A stretch of 64,000 nt of DNA. Origin: an uncultured virus (IMG/VR IMGVR_UViG_3300050821_000498). Taxonomy: Duplodnaviria > Heunggongvirae > Uroviricota > Caudoviricetes. Each line of letters begins with the position of its first letter. Position 1 is the stretch's first letter. The position numbers were made by a program, and so were the translations under genes. The DNA lies in IMG/VR virus record IMGVR_UViG_3300050821_000498; one strand, written 5' to 3'. The notes beneath the pieces are model-generated. The model worked only from the letters and a program-made list of their open reading frames with translations. It had not been told where the DNA came from and ran no database searches. Of this stretch, positions 50,346 through 60,725 are shown in pieces.

Positions 50346-50777
50346 CGTCCAATGGTTTTATATTATCAATTGGTTAACTTATGACGCCCATACATGTATT
50401 GTTACTGTATTACAACATCTGGAGGATTAGGCAAGAATTCGCTAGCGCCTATGCACATCTTTTGGCCTATGCAGATTTCCAAAGATTTTTAGGCAAGCTT
50501 TACGGATGAAAAGTGGATTTAACCATTTCATACCGAAAAGTGTTTAAAATTAACATTATACAATATTGTAAAGTAAACTCATTAGTATACTTTTAATGCA
50601 ATTCAGTTGCAATTCTATAATTATGCAATCAAATACTTGCGTATGTCATTTTAACAACTTACTTTAAGGGAATTAGCAGTCTCGGATAGCCCGTCATAGC
50701 AAAATCAATTTGTAGCCATTACAAGGCCATTTATAGACGTTATTTTGAGAGTTTGATAGCAACCCAGCCAGAAAGCA

Positions 50778-50798
50778 GAAAAGGGCTGAAAAGCCCTT
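50778..50798 (-). terminator. Terminator ending leftward early transcription
   Basis: AAGGGCT/AGCCCTT stem followed by a T-rich tail on the - strand. Confidence 0.55.
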
Positions 50799-50821
50799 AG
50801 AATTGATGTTAGGAATGTAAT

Positions 50822-51328
50822 TTAGTTAATTCTTTCAGGGTTGACACATATAATTTTATCCCCTGAAAATTCAATTGTCGATTCATCCTCAAAGATATAA
50901 ACAACTGTCTGCCAGCCCACTACCCAATCGATACATTTGACTACAGCTTGCAAGCGGCTTGTAATTGTGTCTGCAATTGTTTTCATGATATTTCCTTGTT
51001 TAAGTGTTTGCCTACCTGATGTCTCAAGTATAGGTAACAATAACCTAGCTGTCAAGACTTTTATGCAGATAATTTAAACTTATTGCTTAGTGATAGTAAA
51101 AACCACACTACAGCCATTAGCTTGATTAGTCCACGTCCTGCTACCCTTCACATGACAGAAGCCTAAATCGTCTTTAGTAGACTCGCTGGCAGTAAGCTTG
51201 TAACTAAAACAATGAGCATCAGCCAATACCCTAGCAGCGCCTTCAATAGCACGTATAGCGGCATTCCATGTGCTTTTAGTGTCTGTCCAGCCTATTGTGG
51301 ACGTTATTAAGAATTGTTCTCGTTTCAT
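50822..51328 (-). CDS. Two small early-type hypothetical genes (50822-~50987, 51080-51328)
   Basis: AAGGA RBSs; promoter TTGACA-N17-TATACT at 51027-51055. Confidence 0.55.
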
Positions 51329-51480
51329 GATTTATTCCTTATTCTTTGCTTGTATCTTAAATTCCCTATCAGCGCATTTATAACACATTCTAACCCCCTT
51401 CATGCTCCACCAAACATAAGAGATAGGAGAATTGTTAAAACGCCTTTTATTGCACTGCAAACATAATTGTATTTTCATAA

Positions 51481-51867
51481 TTAAAACTTCCAAACATCAA
51501 TTCCCCACTTAGCAGCTATTTCACGCTTTTTAGCTTCTGCCAGCACTGTAAATTCATGATGATAATCTGAAAAGGGTTTGCCTGGACGAATACCAAGTTT
51601 ATGCGCTTCTTTGATCATATTCTGAGATTTGCAATATTCCATGCTTGATTCGTACTCACATTTAGCACGATAAACAGCTAATTTCAAAGCATCATCAATT
51701 TCTTTCTTAATTTCTTTAGAAGTCTTTCCAGTGTGACGAGTAGCACACACAGAGCCGTAATGCAGGATATCCCCATCAACATCTACGATGACGGTTGACT
51801 TCAGATTAGTTTTACCACAACAATCGCATGTATTCACACTGTCGTCATAACCAAGTATTTTATGCAT
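51481..51867 (-). CDS. Zn-finger-like early protein
   Basis: CDCCG...YGSVC. Confidence 0.6.
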   Translation of the reverse strand: MHKILGYDDSVNTCDCCGKTNLKSTVIVDVDGDILHYGSVCATRHTGKTSKEIKKEIDDALKLAVYRAKCEYESSMEYCKSQNMIKEAHKLGIRPGKPFSDYHHEFTVLAEAKKREIAAKWGIDVWKF

Positions 51868-52139
51868 GATATTCTCTTTTAGTTAATGTCTAACTCCGAT
51901 AAACAAATAATAGCTTACTAAATTCAATACCTATGAGAGGTTATAACAGCTAATGCAGGTAATCCGAATGCAACAGCTAGAACACCTATAATCATCACAG
52001 CAATGATTAATTTATCTTTAAATGATTGCATAATTATCTCCGGTTAGTAATTACATCTTATATTAATAAATCCGATAATACAAGCTCTATCTTCAATATA
52101 AATCAGCTATGGCGTCCCAGACGCGGACATACAACATAA

Positions 52140-52870
52140 TTATACTACATTTGTGTATATTTGTAGTATAAACACAACAACAGTAACAATTCCCGTCATA
52201 AAACGTCGGTTATATACTGTAAGCGGCTATCTATGATTGTTTGCACAAATACAACAAACAATAGTTCCAATTAGTTAACCAATGAAACATTGCTAATAAT
52301 TCATTCTAGCACAAACAAATAAGCAGCGCAAGCTGCTATTGTGAAGACATTGCACAAATAATTAGCTTCGCTAAAGGTAACGTGCAAGCTACTCACAAAC
52401 AATGTAATTCTCTTATTATTAAGCACGGTACAAACGCATGGCGATAGCCAAGACATTGTACACAAACAATAATACCGTACGGTTTAGTAGTCCACAAAGG
52501 TAGCGCCTTCGGCTTGTAGCACACAAACAAGGATAAGCGAGTAAGGCGAGCACTAAAGATATTTGTTTCTTTGTATACAAGATTTATATTCTTCTAATAA
52601 GAGGAGAGCGAAGCGAACAATTATTAATTATAGCTGATGTGTATAAATAAGCTTAAGCCGTGCTCTAATAGCCGTTGTGAAAGACACTAGCGAAGCTAAG
52701 CAACTTCACATTTCTTATTAGTAGCGTAACAGGAGTTATTTAGTTGAGAATTATTCTTATTTAAGATTATCTCAGTTAAGAGCAATCGCTACGCTCATAA
52801 AGTCAAAAACAACAGCAGGGGTTTTTCTTCGATTAATAGACTATATGTAAGGGTTAGCTCGCTGCGCTCG
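52140..52870. repeat. Non-coding tract with repeated CACAAA(C/T)AA motifs, mini-hairpins and GAGCGnAGCGA repeats
   Basis: Motif copies at 52310, 52353, 52394, 52461, 52522; no ORF of 60 aa or more. Confidence 0.7.
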
Positions 52871-52931
52871 CTTTCTAAGATTGCTATACCGTAATTAAGT
52901 TAATCGTTATACTCATATTTATATTTTTAAG

Positions 52932-53654
52932 TTGTGTGCAATATATTGTTGCTTTACAAGTTATTTATGGTATAATATACTTTTAAGGGATATTATGATA
53001 GATAAAGTTAAAGCAATACAACTAAGACAAGAAGGTAACACTTATGAAGCAATCGCTAACATTTTAAACTGTTCAGTAGCTTGGTGCAAGAAAAACTTAA
53101 CAGGCATTGAAAAGAACTCTATAAAGCCTGTTGAAACTAAGCCTAAGCGCTTTATAAGAACTTGTATTACAAATGAAGATGGAACCATTACAGCCGCTAG
53201 GCTAAATATAGCTACAGGTGAAATTAAGCCATTTCGGTATGATAAACCAGAATTAATAATTATACCGAAAGGTGTAATGAACACAACTAAAGACCCTTTT
53301 TGGATGTCAACGCCTATAGCTGGCGAAAGAGAATCTATTACTGAAAGGCAACTCAGAATTAGTCAGGAAAATAAAAGTTGCTATAAGTTAACTAATTATG
53401 TCTCTTTGGAAGATGCCAAAGAAGATTTTACTTTCTTAGATAACCTACTGGTCGGTGTAAGTAATTTAGGAAGCTCTAATGAGGTTAGCCACAATTTGAT
53501 GTTCGGTATGCTTAGGGATTTATCCTATATCAATTTTGAAAGTATAAAAACTTATACAGGATTTAGTGACACGTTCTGCCATAAGCTTGCAACTCAATTA
53601 AGGGTACTTGACAATGCTTTTAGTTCAGCTATCACGAAAAATAATATACTATAA
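52932..53654 (+). CDS. HTH DNA-binding protein (start probably at MIDKVK near 52996)
   Basis: AIQLRQEGNTYEAIANILNCSVAW HTH; promoter TTGCTT-N16-TATAAT at 52949-52976. Confidence 0.65.
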   Translation: MCAIYCCFTSYLWYNILLRDIMIDKVKAIQLRQEGNTYEAIANILNCSVAWCKKNLTGIEKNSIKPVETKPKRFIRTCITNEDGTITAARLNIATGEIKPFRYDKPELIIIPKGVMNTTKDPFWMSTPIAGERESITERQLRISQENKSCYKLTNYVSLEDAKEDFTFLDNLLVGVSNLGSSNEVSHNLMFGMLRDLSYINFESIKTYTGFSDTFCHKLATQLRVLDNAFSSAITKNNIL

Positions 53655-53800
53655 TCTCTTTATATAGGCGGTTAGGAATTGATTTCTTGGAGATTGGCTT
53701 TAGGTAACACTCTCCTTGTTAGCGAACACTAACATTTTACAAATACATGGTATATTTTATGCTTAGCATTACTAGGCTATTTTTGTTTGAAAGGTAATAA

Positions 53801-54280
53801 ATGTTGTCACAGTCTATGTACGATCAAGAACAATTTCAAGATTTACATTTCTGGTTCAGAAGATGTGGGTATGTAGTTCCCAGGGAAGGTAACGGGGAGT
53901 ATTACGTATATATAGCTACTGATGAAGCTAATACTATTATTTACATAGGTAGTGGTAAGGGTGAGAGATATAAACATGTTACGTCAGGAATTTCTCACAA
54001 TAAAATGTTAAATAAACTTTATTTTAGCGGAGAAACTCTTTCTGTGAATGCTTACAGGGTAGATTTAACTAAAAATGAGGCTATGGAGTTAGAAAGACAA
54101 CTTACAGAGTTTACAAATCCAGCCGCAAATCTTAAAAATAAAACCGTTCAAGGTGCAAGCCGTTACAATAAGTCTCCAATGATGTTGTTCATAGAATTTG
54201 GCGAAACAGTTTATAATAGGTACAAAAACAAGGATGCCCCACAACTACCTGTAAATATGGATTGGACACTTAAACACTGA
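53801..54280 (+). CDS. GIY-YIG nuclease-family protein
   Basis: YYVY..IIYIGSG..R..H, EA.ELE, PAAN. Confidence 0.75.
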   Translation: MLSQSMYDQEQFQDLHFWFRRCGYVVPREGNGEYYVYIATDEANTIIYIGSGKGERYKHVTSGISHNKMLNKLYFSGETLSVNAYRVDLTKNEAMELERQLTEFTNPAANLKNKTVQGASRYNKSPMMLFIEFGETVYNRYKNKDAPQLPVNMDWTLKH

Positions 54281-54483
54281 GTGCTAAGCTTTCAATATAG
54301 CGTAACGCTGCATAGCTCTTACCATTTCCCATAAGAGAATCAATCACTTCTATCTGCATGTAATTCCTTTATTGTGTACAAATAGAGTATTTTAACATGT
54401 AAATGATGATTGTCAAGTTATAATGCAACGTATTTTATACATAACTAATCATATATGTGCAAAATAGACTGCATTATTAGGTT

Positions 54484-55385
54484 TTACTTGTTTGCACAAC
54501 TTAGATAATATTTTATACTCCTGCGCATAGCAATACGACGTTTCAGAGAACAATTGTAATCTACCCTAGTCATAAATTTGAAATGATGACCGCTATAATA
54601 CCCCTCCCGCTTATTCCTTGACAAATTACATTTATTCAATTGTCGCCCTTTCCGAGTGATGCCTATTCCATAGGCTTTCATTTCTTGGTAAAGCTCGTCT
54701 TTAGTCTTGTCATTTATTATTAGGATAGCCCTCTGTAGGAATACGTTATTCATGCCAATCCCCTCTCCCATCCCTCATAAATCCATTCTCAATCAAGAAT
54801 GCTTGCAATGTGTCGTCATCGTACATGTTATTCAATGTACTAAACAAATCATCACATAGGGCCTCATGGTAACAATCTTGTATGTAAAAGCTGGCGAGTA
54901 TTTGTGCGATGTGCTTATTCATCATCAATCACCATATATTGAATATTAGTTCGTTCATAAGGTTTTGCATAGAATCCCCAGCCATACACGTTAGGATATC
55001 TTATAGATTGTTGGCCTTCAACTTCACAAATTGCCAATGTTTTAGTTATTCTTGTAATAACATCAATTCTAAATGGATTACTTTTTATGCCATAACTAAC
55101 AGCAATCCTATCCCCTATCTCCAGTTTATACCCTTCAGGTTTGTATTTCATGATATCACCACCTCTGTACACAATAAATGCCCAAACATCTCCATAGCAT
55201 GCTTCTTTATCAATTACTGTATCTACAATTGTGCGCTTAATAATCCTACTTTCCCACTTGCCATTATAAATGTTAGAGGATAATTCTGCTATAGCTTCGT
55301 CAAGTGTTTCCAAAGTGATGTAATCTCTAAAATCAGGATATCCGTAACGGCTCTGTATTTGTATAATGTAGTATGTTTTGTTCAT
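54484..55385 (-). CDS. Three small early-type hypothetical genes (54484-54771, 54746-54928, 54915-55385)
   Basis: Overlapping co-directional ORFs. Confidence 0.55.
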
Positions 55386-55603
55386 ACAAGCGTCGTCCTT
55401 CTATTTTCAGATTTAGGAAAGAATATTAAAGAGAATACAGGGAAATCTATTTCCTCGTCAATTGTAAATCTCTCTGTGTTGATAATAATAGCGCCAGATG
55501 TTATCCAGCGCCTAATTTCAGAATTACTAGCCAATGTCCCCGGCTTCTCTGTAGAATAGGGAATAGCTGGCTTAAGCTGTAAAATGTAATCTAAGGCTTT
55601 CAT
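55382..55603 (-). CDS. Stand-alone S4-like RNA-binding domain protein
   Basis: SNSEIRRWITSGAIIIN matches the S4 signature S.SEARR.I..G.V.IN. Confidence 0.6.
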   Translation of the reverse strand: MKALDYILQLKPAIPYSTEKPGTLASNSEIRRWITSGAIIINTERFTIDEEIDFPVFSLIFFPKSENRRTTLV

Positions 55604-55809
55604 ACAGTTCTAGTATAGCTGTGAATCTTCCCGTTAAGATGGTTAAGCTCAGCCATACGCTTTTCAGCATCTTCAGGACTCAATCCAAGCTGAATCATAT
55701 ATTGTTTACGTTCAGCCCAAGTGTCTCTAAATTCCTGCATAGCGGCACATAAATCTAATATTTCTTTATCCGTGAACTCAAGACGTTTTAATATAGGCAT
55801 TTCCCCCCC

Positions 55810-56175
55810 TCAATTCAGCACAATCCAGCCACGCCCTTGCAAGCAGCGCCTTGTTATAGCTTGCTTATCCCCTATAGCAGCATTTCCTTGCTCAGCAGCC
55901 CCACCTAATGCCCCTATAGCTGCAAACCTTCCCCTATTCCCTCCGCCATTAGCTGCATTCAATAACAAGCCTCCAATAGCGCCAGCAATGGCCCCGAATG
56001 CTGCCTTATCCGCTATTCCTGCCACTTGCATGGAATATTGCATACATTCTGATAAATCATCGGCATAATTTCTCCCGGCTGGCATGATGGAAGTGTCTAC
56101 GATTGGCCGATATTGTGGAGTAGCGCAGCCTGACAGGCTTAGAATGATGCAAGAAGCTAGAATTAATTTGTTCAT
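55810..56175 (-). CDS. Glycine-zipper lipoprotein
   Basis: Lipobox LSGC; GAIAGAIGG/GALGGAA zipper; C..GRG tail. Confidence 0.8.
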   Translation of the reverse strand: MNKLILASCIILSLSGCATPQYRPIVDTSIMPAGRNYADDLSECMQYSMQVAGIADKAAFGAIAGAIGGLLLNAANGGGNRGRFAAIGALGGAAEQGNAAIGDKQAITRRCLQGRGWIVLN

Positions 56176-56186
56176 TTTGTTATCCC

Positions 56187-59100
56187 TTAGTCTAATTTCA
56201 TCATAAAGTCAATAGATAGATTCTCTGTTGTGTTATATCGAATGATGCTCCGCATCCTATCTGATGATTCTATTTGAGACAAGATAGCGTAATCCTCAAG
56301 CCCTCCTAAATTCTCTAACTCCTGTGTGAAAGTTTCTTTTTTCCTGATTAATGGTTGTTTTTCGTCAACATAGCTTACAGTAATTAGATATTTAGACATA
56401 GTTCCTCCTTGTTAATATTGTCAATGCTCCGAAGCCTCAATACAGAATATTATAAATCTTTCCTCTGTACAATCCTCTAGTTGCTTATATGTAACAGATT
56501 GCACATAGTACAACAGTTCATCATTTATTGCCTGAAACACATTATGTTGCTTTGATTCAAAATTTGAGACTATTTCCAGATGGTATTTATGTGCTATTAG
56601 CTTAGCTTGCTCTATGTTCATTATATACTTTCAGAAGGGCAAAGACATAATGTTATGACATGTAAGCAAATTTGTCTAGTATTTCACATTCTTGAAAGTT
56701 TCAGTGTTTGAGTTATATTCAAATGTGGCATCACCCGACGTAATTGTTATGCTATCTGCGTCATCATTAGGATAATTTCTAAAATGATTAGCTATACAAA
56801 TAGCTTGGTCAAGTGTAATGTCAAAAGCCATTATGTGCCCATTACGTTTAAGTGTGTAAGTTTTCATGATTATTTCTCGAAATGTTTTAAATTAACTAGG
56901 CATTTTCCATCAGATGTTACAACAGCACCTATGAAAAGATTTTGATCAGGGCGCATTAATGTTCTGGTCACATATTTTTTATCTTCCAATGTAAATTTCA
57001 ACATTTTAAAGTTGGCTTGGTAAACTTCAAAACTATCCGCTTGAACATAGACAATTTTTGTTTGTTTTTGTTTAGGCGCTACCTTTTTAATGCATGTGTA
57101 ACCATAAGCAAGACCATTGTAAAATTGCGGCATTGTGACATCTGCTCCACAACATGCACATTGAATAACTTTCATGATAACCGCCCTGTTAAGAATTAAT
57201 ATTGCCCTGCCATGAACACAGAATAGCACATACAGAATTTATGTCAAGCTGTTTTATAAAATAAATTTAAAATGTTTAGACAAAATAAAAGGAGCTATAC
57301 AAATTAATGTATGCTCCTAATCTTTAAAACCTATTTAGAACGCAGTAAATAGGAATACTAATACACAGAAATATAAGTATACAATAACCAATCATATACT
57401 TACTCATTAATTGCTTTCAAACTAGCTAGCCGCTCCGCTACAGCAGCCTTGTCATATTCCTTGCCATCAATTGTAATTGTTTCTGGCTTAGGCTGTATTT
57501 CCTTAACAATAACTTCTGTTGTGAATGTATGTTCTGTATGCGAATGTCCTTTATAATAATCATCTGGTACACAATAGATATTACCATCTGCATATGTAGA
57601 GATATTTGGAAAGTTGTCACTATAGTTTTCAATGCTTCGTCCTGTACTCCGCCACTGATAACCCAGACTGAACAAATACTTCTGCAAAGCTTCGCTATCT
57701 TGAGCGTTATTTACACGAAATTTCATAGCTTTGAACATTCTAGTTTCCTTCATTCAATTTACGTTTGTCATTTGTACGCTGCCAAGTTTTCCCTTTATAT
57801 TGCTCTGTAATGGATTTGCTAGGCTTTGTCTTGGTCGTCTTTTCAAAACTACTATTTGATTGGCTCATTTTATGCCTTTCAAACTAACAGCATACCGGCT
57901 ACCCGTAAGCACATTAACAGATTGCCCCTTATCTTGCGTAGTGGCTGGCAACCCTTGCATCTTACGGTTAGCTGCGAATGTACGTGCATCTTGACGTTTT
58001 GTGAAGAAGATTTTCATAATTTAGCTTTCAATTTTGTTTGTAGGAGTTACAGGAATTGGGTAGGGGCCAAGTTTTCGCCTAATTTCTTCGTTCGACATAG
58101 CAGCCTCACATCCAAATAACGTAAGTGTTAATAAATTCTGCCATCAGGTATAGCGTCAAGATAGCAAAGAGAATGAGTAAGATTGTTGGGAAGTGTTTGT
58201 ACATGTTAGCCCCTTAAAAGACTTCGCATTGCATCGGGTACACTGCGCGGACACTATAACGATATCCGCCATATTCGTTGTCAAGCTTGTCTACACGGCG
58301 ATTAGCACGACTACGGCTAGAATAGTCTTTGCCAATTTGCAAGCCTGTTTTAGTGTCTATGATTTTGTAGATGATGTTCATGATATATTCTCTATTTGTC
58401 GTTAAGGCTTTCCGTCAGCCTATAAATACATAATAGCATAGTTAGGAATTAATGCAAGCTAATTTTAAATTATTTTATATTCCGCTCCAAATATATCCCA
58501 TACGTTCAACATATTCAATTGCTATATCTCTTGAGGAACTTGCACAAATCATTTTAAGCCCCTTTACAGCCGCTCAGCCGTTGTCGTGTATTCATTAACA
58601 TATGTATAGCCAAGCTCCTCCGCTATGGCCATACAATCGCTTTTAAAGCCTTCTGTGATGAGTTTACAGTCTCTTACGTCGATTGCTTGGTATAGGATGC
58701 TATTAGGTTTTCTTTGTAGGATGTAGAACATGTTACTCATTATCCTCTTCAATAAATTGACTAACAAAACTGTCCACTTGCCCCTTGAGACATTTATATG
58801 CCCCTTCTATTTCGCTTAAACGCTTCTGATAATACGTCAAAGCTTCAACAAAAGCAGCTTCGGATGTCTTTGCACGCTTTGAAATATTCATTCCCCTTGT
58901 TTTGTCATACAGCCAATAGCCGTCATTACACAGGGAAATGGTAAGCGTTTCGCTTAGTTTTGTGGATGAAATAGCTTTTTGCATGATCACAAATCCTTCT
59001 TACGTTGAACATCAACAATAGTGTAAACACAATGAAGTGTTTCACGTAAGAAAATTGTTGTATTGTAACTTTTCATTCCGTTGCTGTATGGCGCTGGAAG

Positions 59101-59286
59101 ATCAGCATAACCATTCTCACCAAGCCACTCTACAGCACATTGCAAGCCATGATCACCATAGCCATATTCAAACTTGATTGCTTTTTCTTCTGTGCCGTCA
59201 TCAAATGTGACAGTAGCAGAAAAATATGTATTGCCGTATGTAGCTTGGAACCAACGTTTTACAAGAATGTGTACAGGCTTTTTCAT
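56187..59286 (-). CDS. Cluster of small early-type hypothetical genes (e.g. 56187-56399, 56421-56621, 56676-56867, 56870-~57175, 57400-57753, 58733-58990, 58987-59286)
   Basis: Short ORFs with RBSs, several behind their own sigma70-like promoters (57220-57247, 58430-58457, 59321-59348). Confidence 0.55.
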
Positions 59287-59370
59287 AATGTTTTCTTTGT
59301 GTTGTTGAACGAATGATTCTATTTTACAGCTATTACAGATAATGTCAAGACTATTTTAAATTTATTTATT

Positions 59371-59447
59371 TGGCATGTCTAACAGGACTCGAACCTGTGA
59401 CCCTTAGCTTAGAAGGCTAATGCTCTATCCACCTGAGCTATAGACAT
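59371..59447 (-). tRNA. tRNA-Arg, anticodon UCU
   Basis: ATGTCTA/TAGACAT acceptor, TTAGC-CTTCTAA-GCTAA anticodon arm, GTTCGA T-loop, CCA. Confidence 0.96.
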
Positions 59448-59807
59448 ATTATTTTAAAACAATCCCAAAAAACTTTCAAACAAATTTGCAATGTTGTCAA
59501 GATTAGGCAAGACAACAAGCAATGTTACAAGAATTATAACAATTTCTTGCCGGGCTTCTAGTGATGTGTATTTTAGCATATTAGATTGTTTTGACTTCTT
59601 GAATTAAGTTAATATTATATCCGCGCGCTTTAATATGTGCCAGGGCTACCTTAGTGATATTTTCTGTACCTGCTATGGCTGCGAATTGCTCCGCTACCTT
59701 GCAAGCTGGCATGATTGTATCGAAACCGTGAACACGTTTCAATGTTACGTTAATTGTTTGCATTATTCCTCCGGGCAAATAGAAATAAAATCATCCTTGA
59801 AATGTTG

Positions 59808-60725
59808 TTAATAATTCTCGGCTTCAATGCGAGTGATGAAAAAATGGATTCCACCGGAACATTCTATTGTCCAATCTTCACCCCATTTATCACAATGTAC
59901 AGTTTCACCAACTACATATGTAGTTTTACCATCATGTTGACTAATTCCCTCAGCAACAATATTTCCTTGAATGTCGCAGACAGATAATACTTTAGCATAC
60001 TCAGCACGGCATTTTCTCCCCATTGCATGACAACGTTTCGCAGAGGAGGGAATCAAAAGTTTTACAATAATATTGTCTCTACATTTTTTAAAACCTATAA
60101 CGTCACCCTCATCAGGTAAGATACGTGTTTGTGCGATTAAAAGCGTTGCATTGATAGCACCGGACAAATTAGTACCGGACAAATCAGCACCGTACAAATT
60201 AGCACCGTACAAATTAGTACCGGACAAATCAGCACCGTACAAATTAGCACCGTACAAATTAGTACCGGACAAATCAGCACCGTACAAATTAGTACGGGAC
60301 AAATCAGCACCGTACAAATTAGTACGGGACAAATTAGCACCGGACAAATTAGTACCGGACAAATCAGCACCGTACAAATTAGTACGGGACAAATTAGCAC
60401 CGGACAAATTAGTACCGGACAAATCAGCACCGGACAAATTAGCACCGTACAAATTAGTACCGGACAAATCAGCACCGTACAAATTAGCACCGTACAAATT
60501 AGTACGGGACAAATCAGCACCGTACAAATTAGTACGGGACAAATTAGCACCGGACAAATTAGTACCGGACAAATCAGCACCGGACAAATTAGCACCGGAC
60601 AAATTAGCACCGGCTGCTATAGCTGCAATTAATGTAAGAGCTACAGTATTTTTGCTAACATTGTGAGAGAAAATTACACTAGCATTAAAACGATGTTTGA
60701 TTTCGATCAGCATTTTATTATCCAA
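59808..60725 (-). CDS. Pentapeptide-repeat protein with DUF5758-like C-terminal domain
   Basis: ~30 x (S/Y)(G/R)(A/T)(N/D)L; tail GFKK..IVKL.IP..RKCRA..ECSGGIHFF. Confidence 0.9.
   Translation of the reverse strand: MDNKMLIEIKHRFNASVIFSHNVSKNTVALTLIAAIAAGANLSGANLSGADLSGTNLSGANLSRTNLYGADLSRTNLYGANLYGADLSGTNLYGANLSGADLSGTNLSGANLSRTNLYGADLSGTNLSGANLSRTNLYGADLSRTNLYGADLSGTNLYGANLYGADLSGTNLYGANLYGADLSGTNLSGAINATLLIAQTRILPDEGDVIGFKKCRDNIIVKLLIPSSAKRCHAMGRKCRAEYAKVLSVCDIQGNIVAEGISQHDGKTTYVVGETVHCDKWGEDWTIECSGGIHFFITRIEAENY
60155..60613. repeat. 15-bp tandem repeat, ~30 units
   Basis: AAAT(T/C)AG(C/T)AC(C/G)G(G/T)AC. Confidence 0.97.

Noticed and set aside
52240..52560. CRISPR or TIGR-like guide array
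   Set aside because: Repeats are only ~9 nt with irregular spacing, and no Cas or Nop-domain gene is recognisable nearby.
60073..60666. Alternative-frame and antisense ORFs (VLICP.., APDKL..) over the pentapeptide gene
   Set aside because: They are by-products of a stop-free 15-bp repeat; only 59808-60725 has coherent flanking domains.
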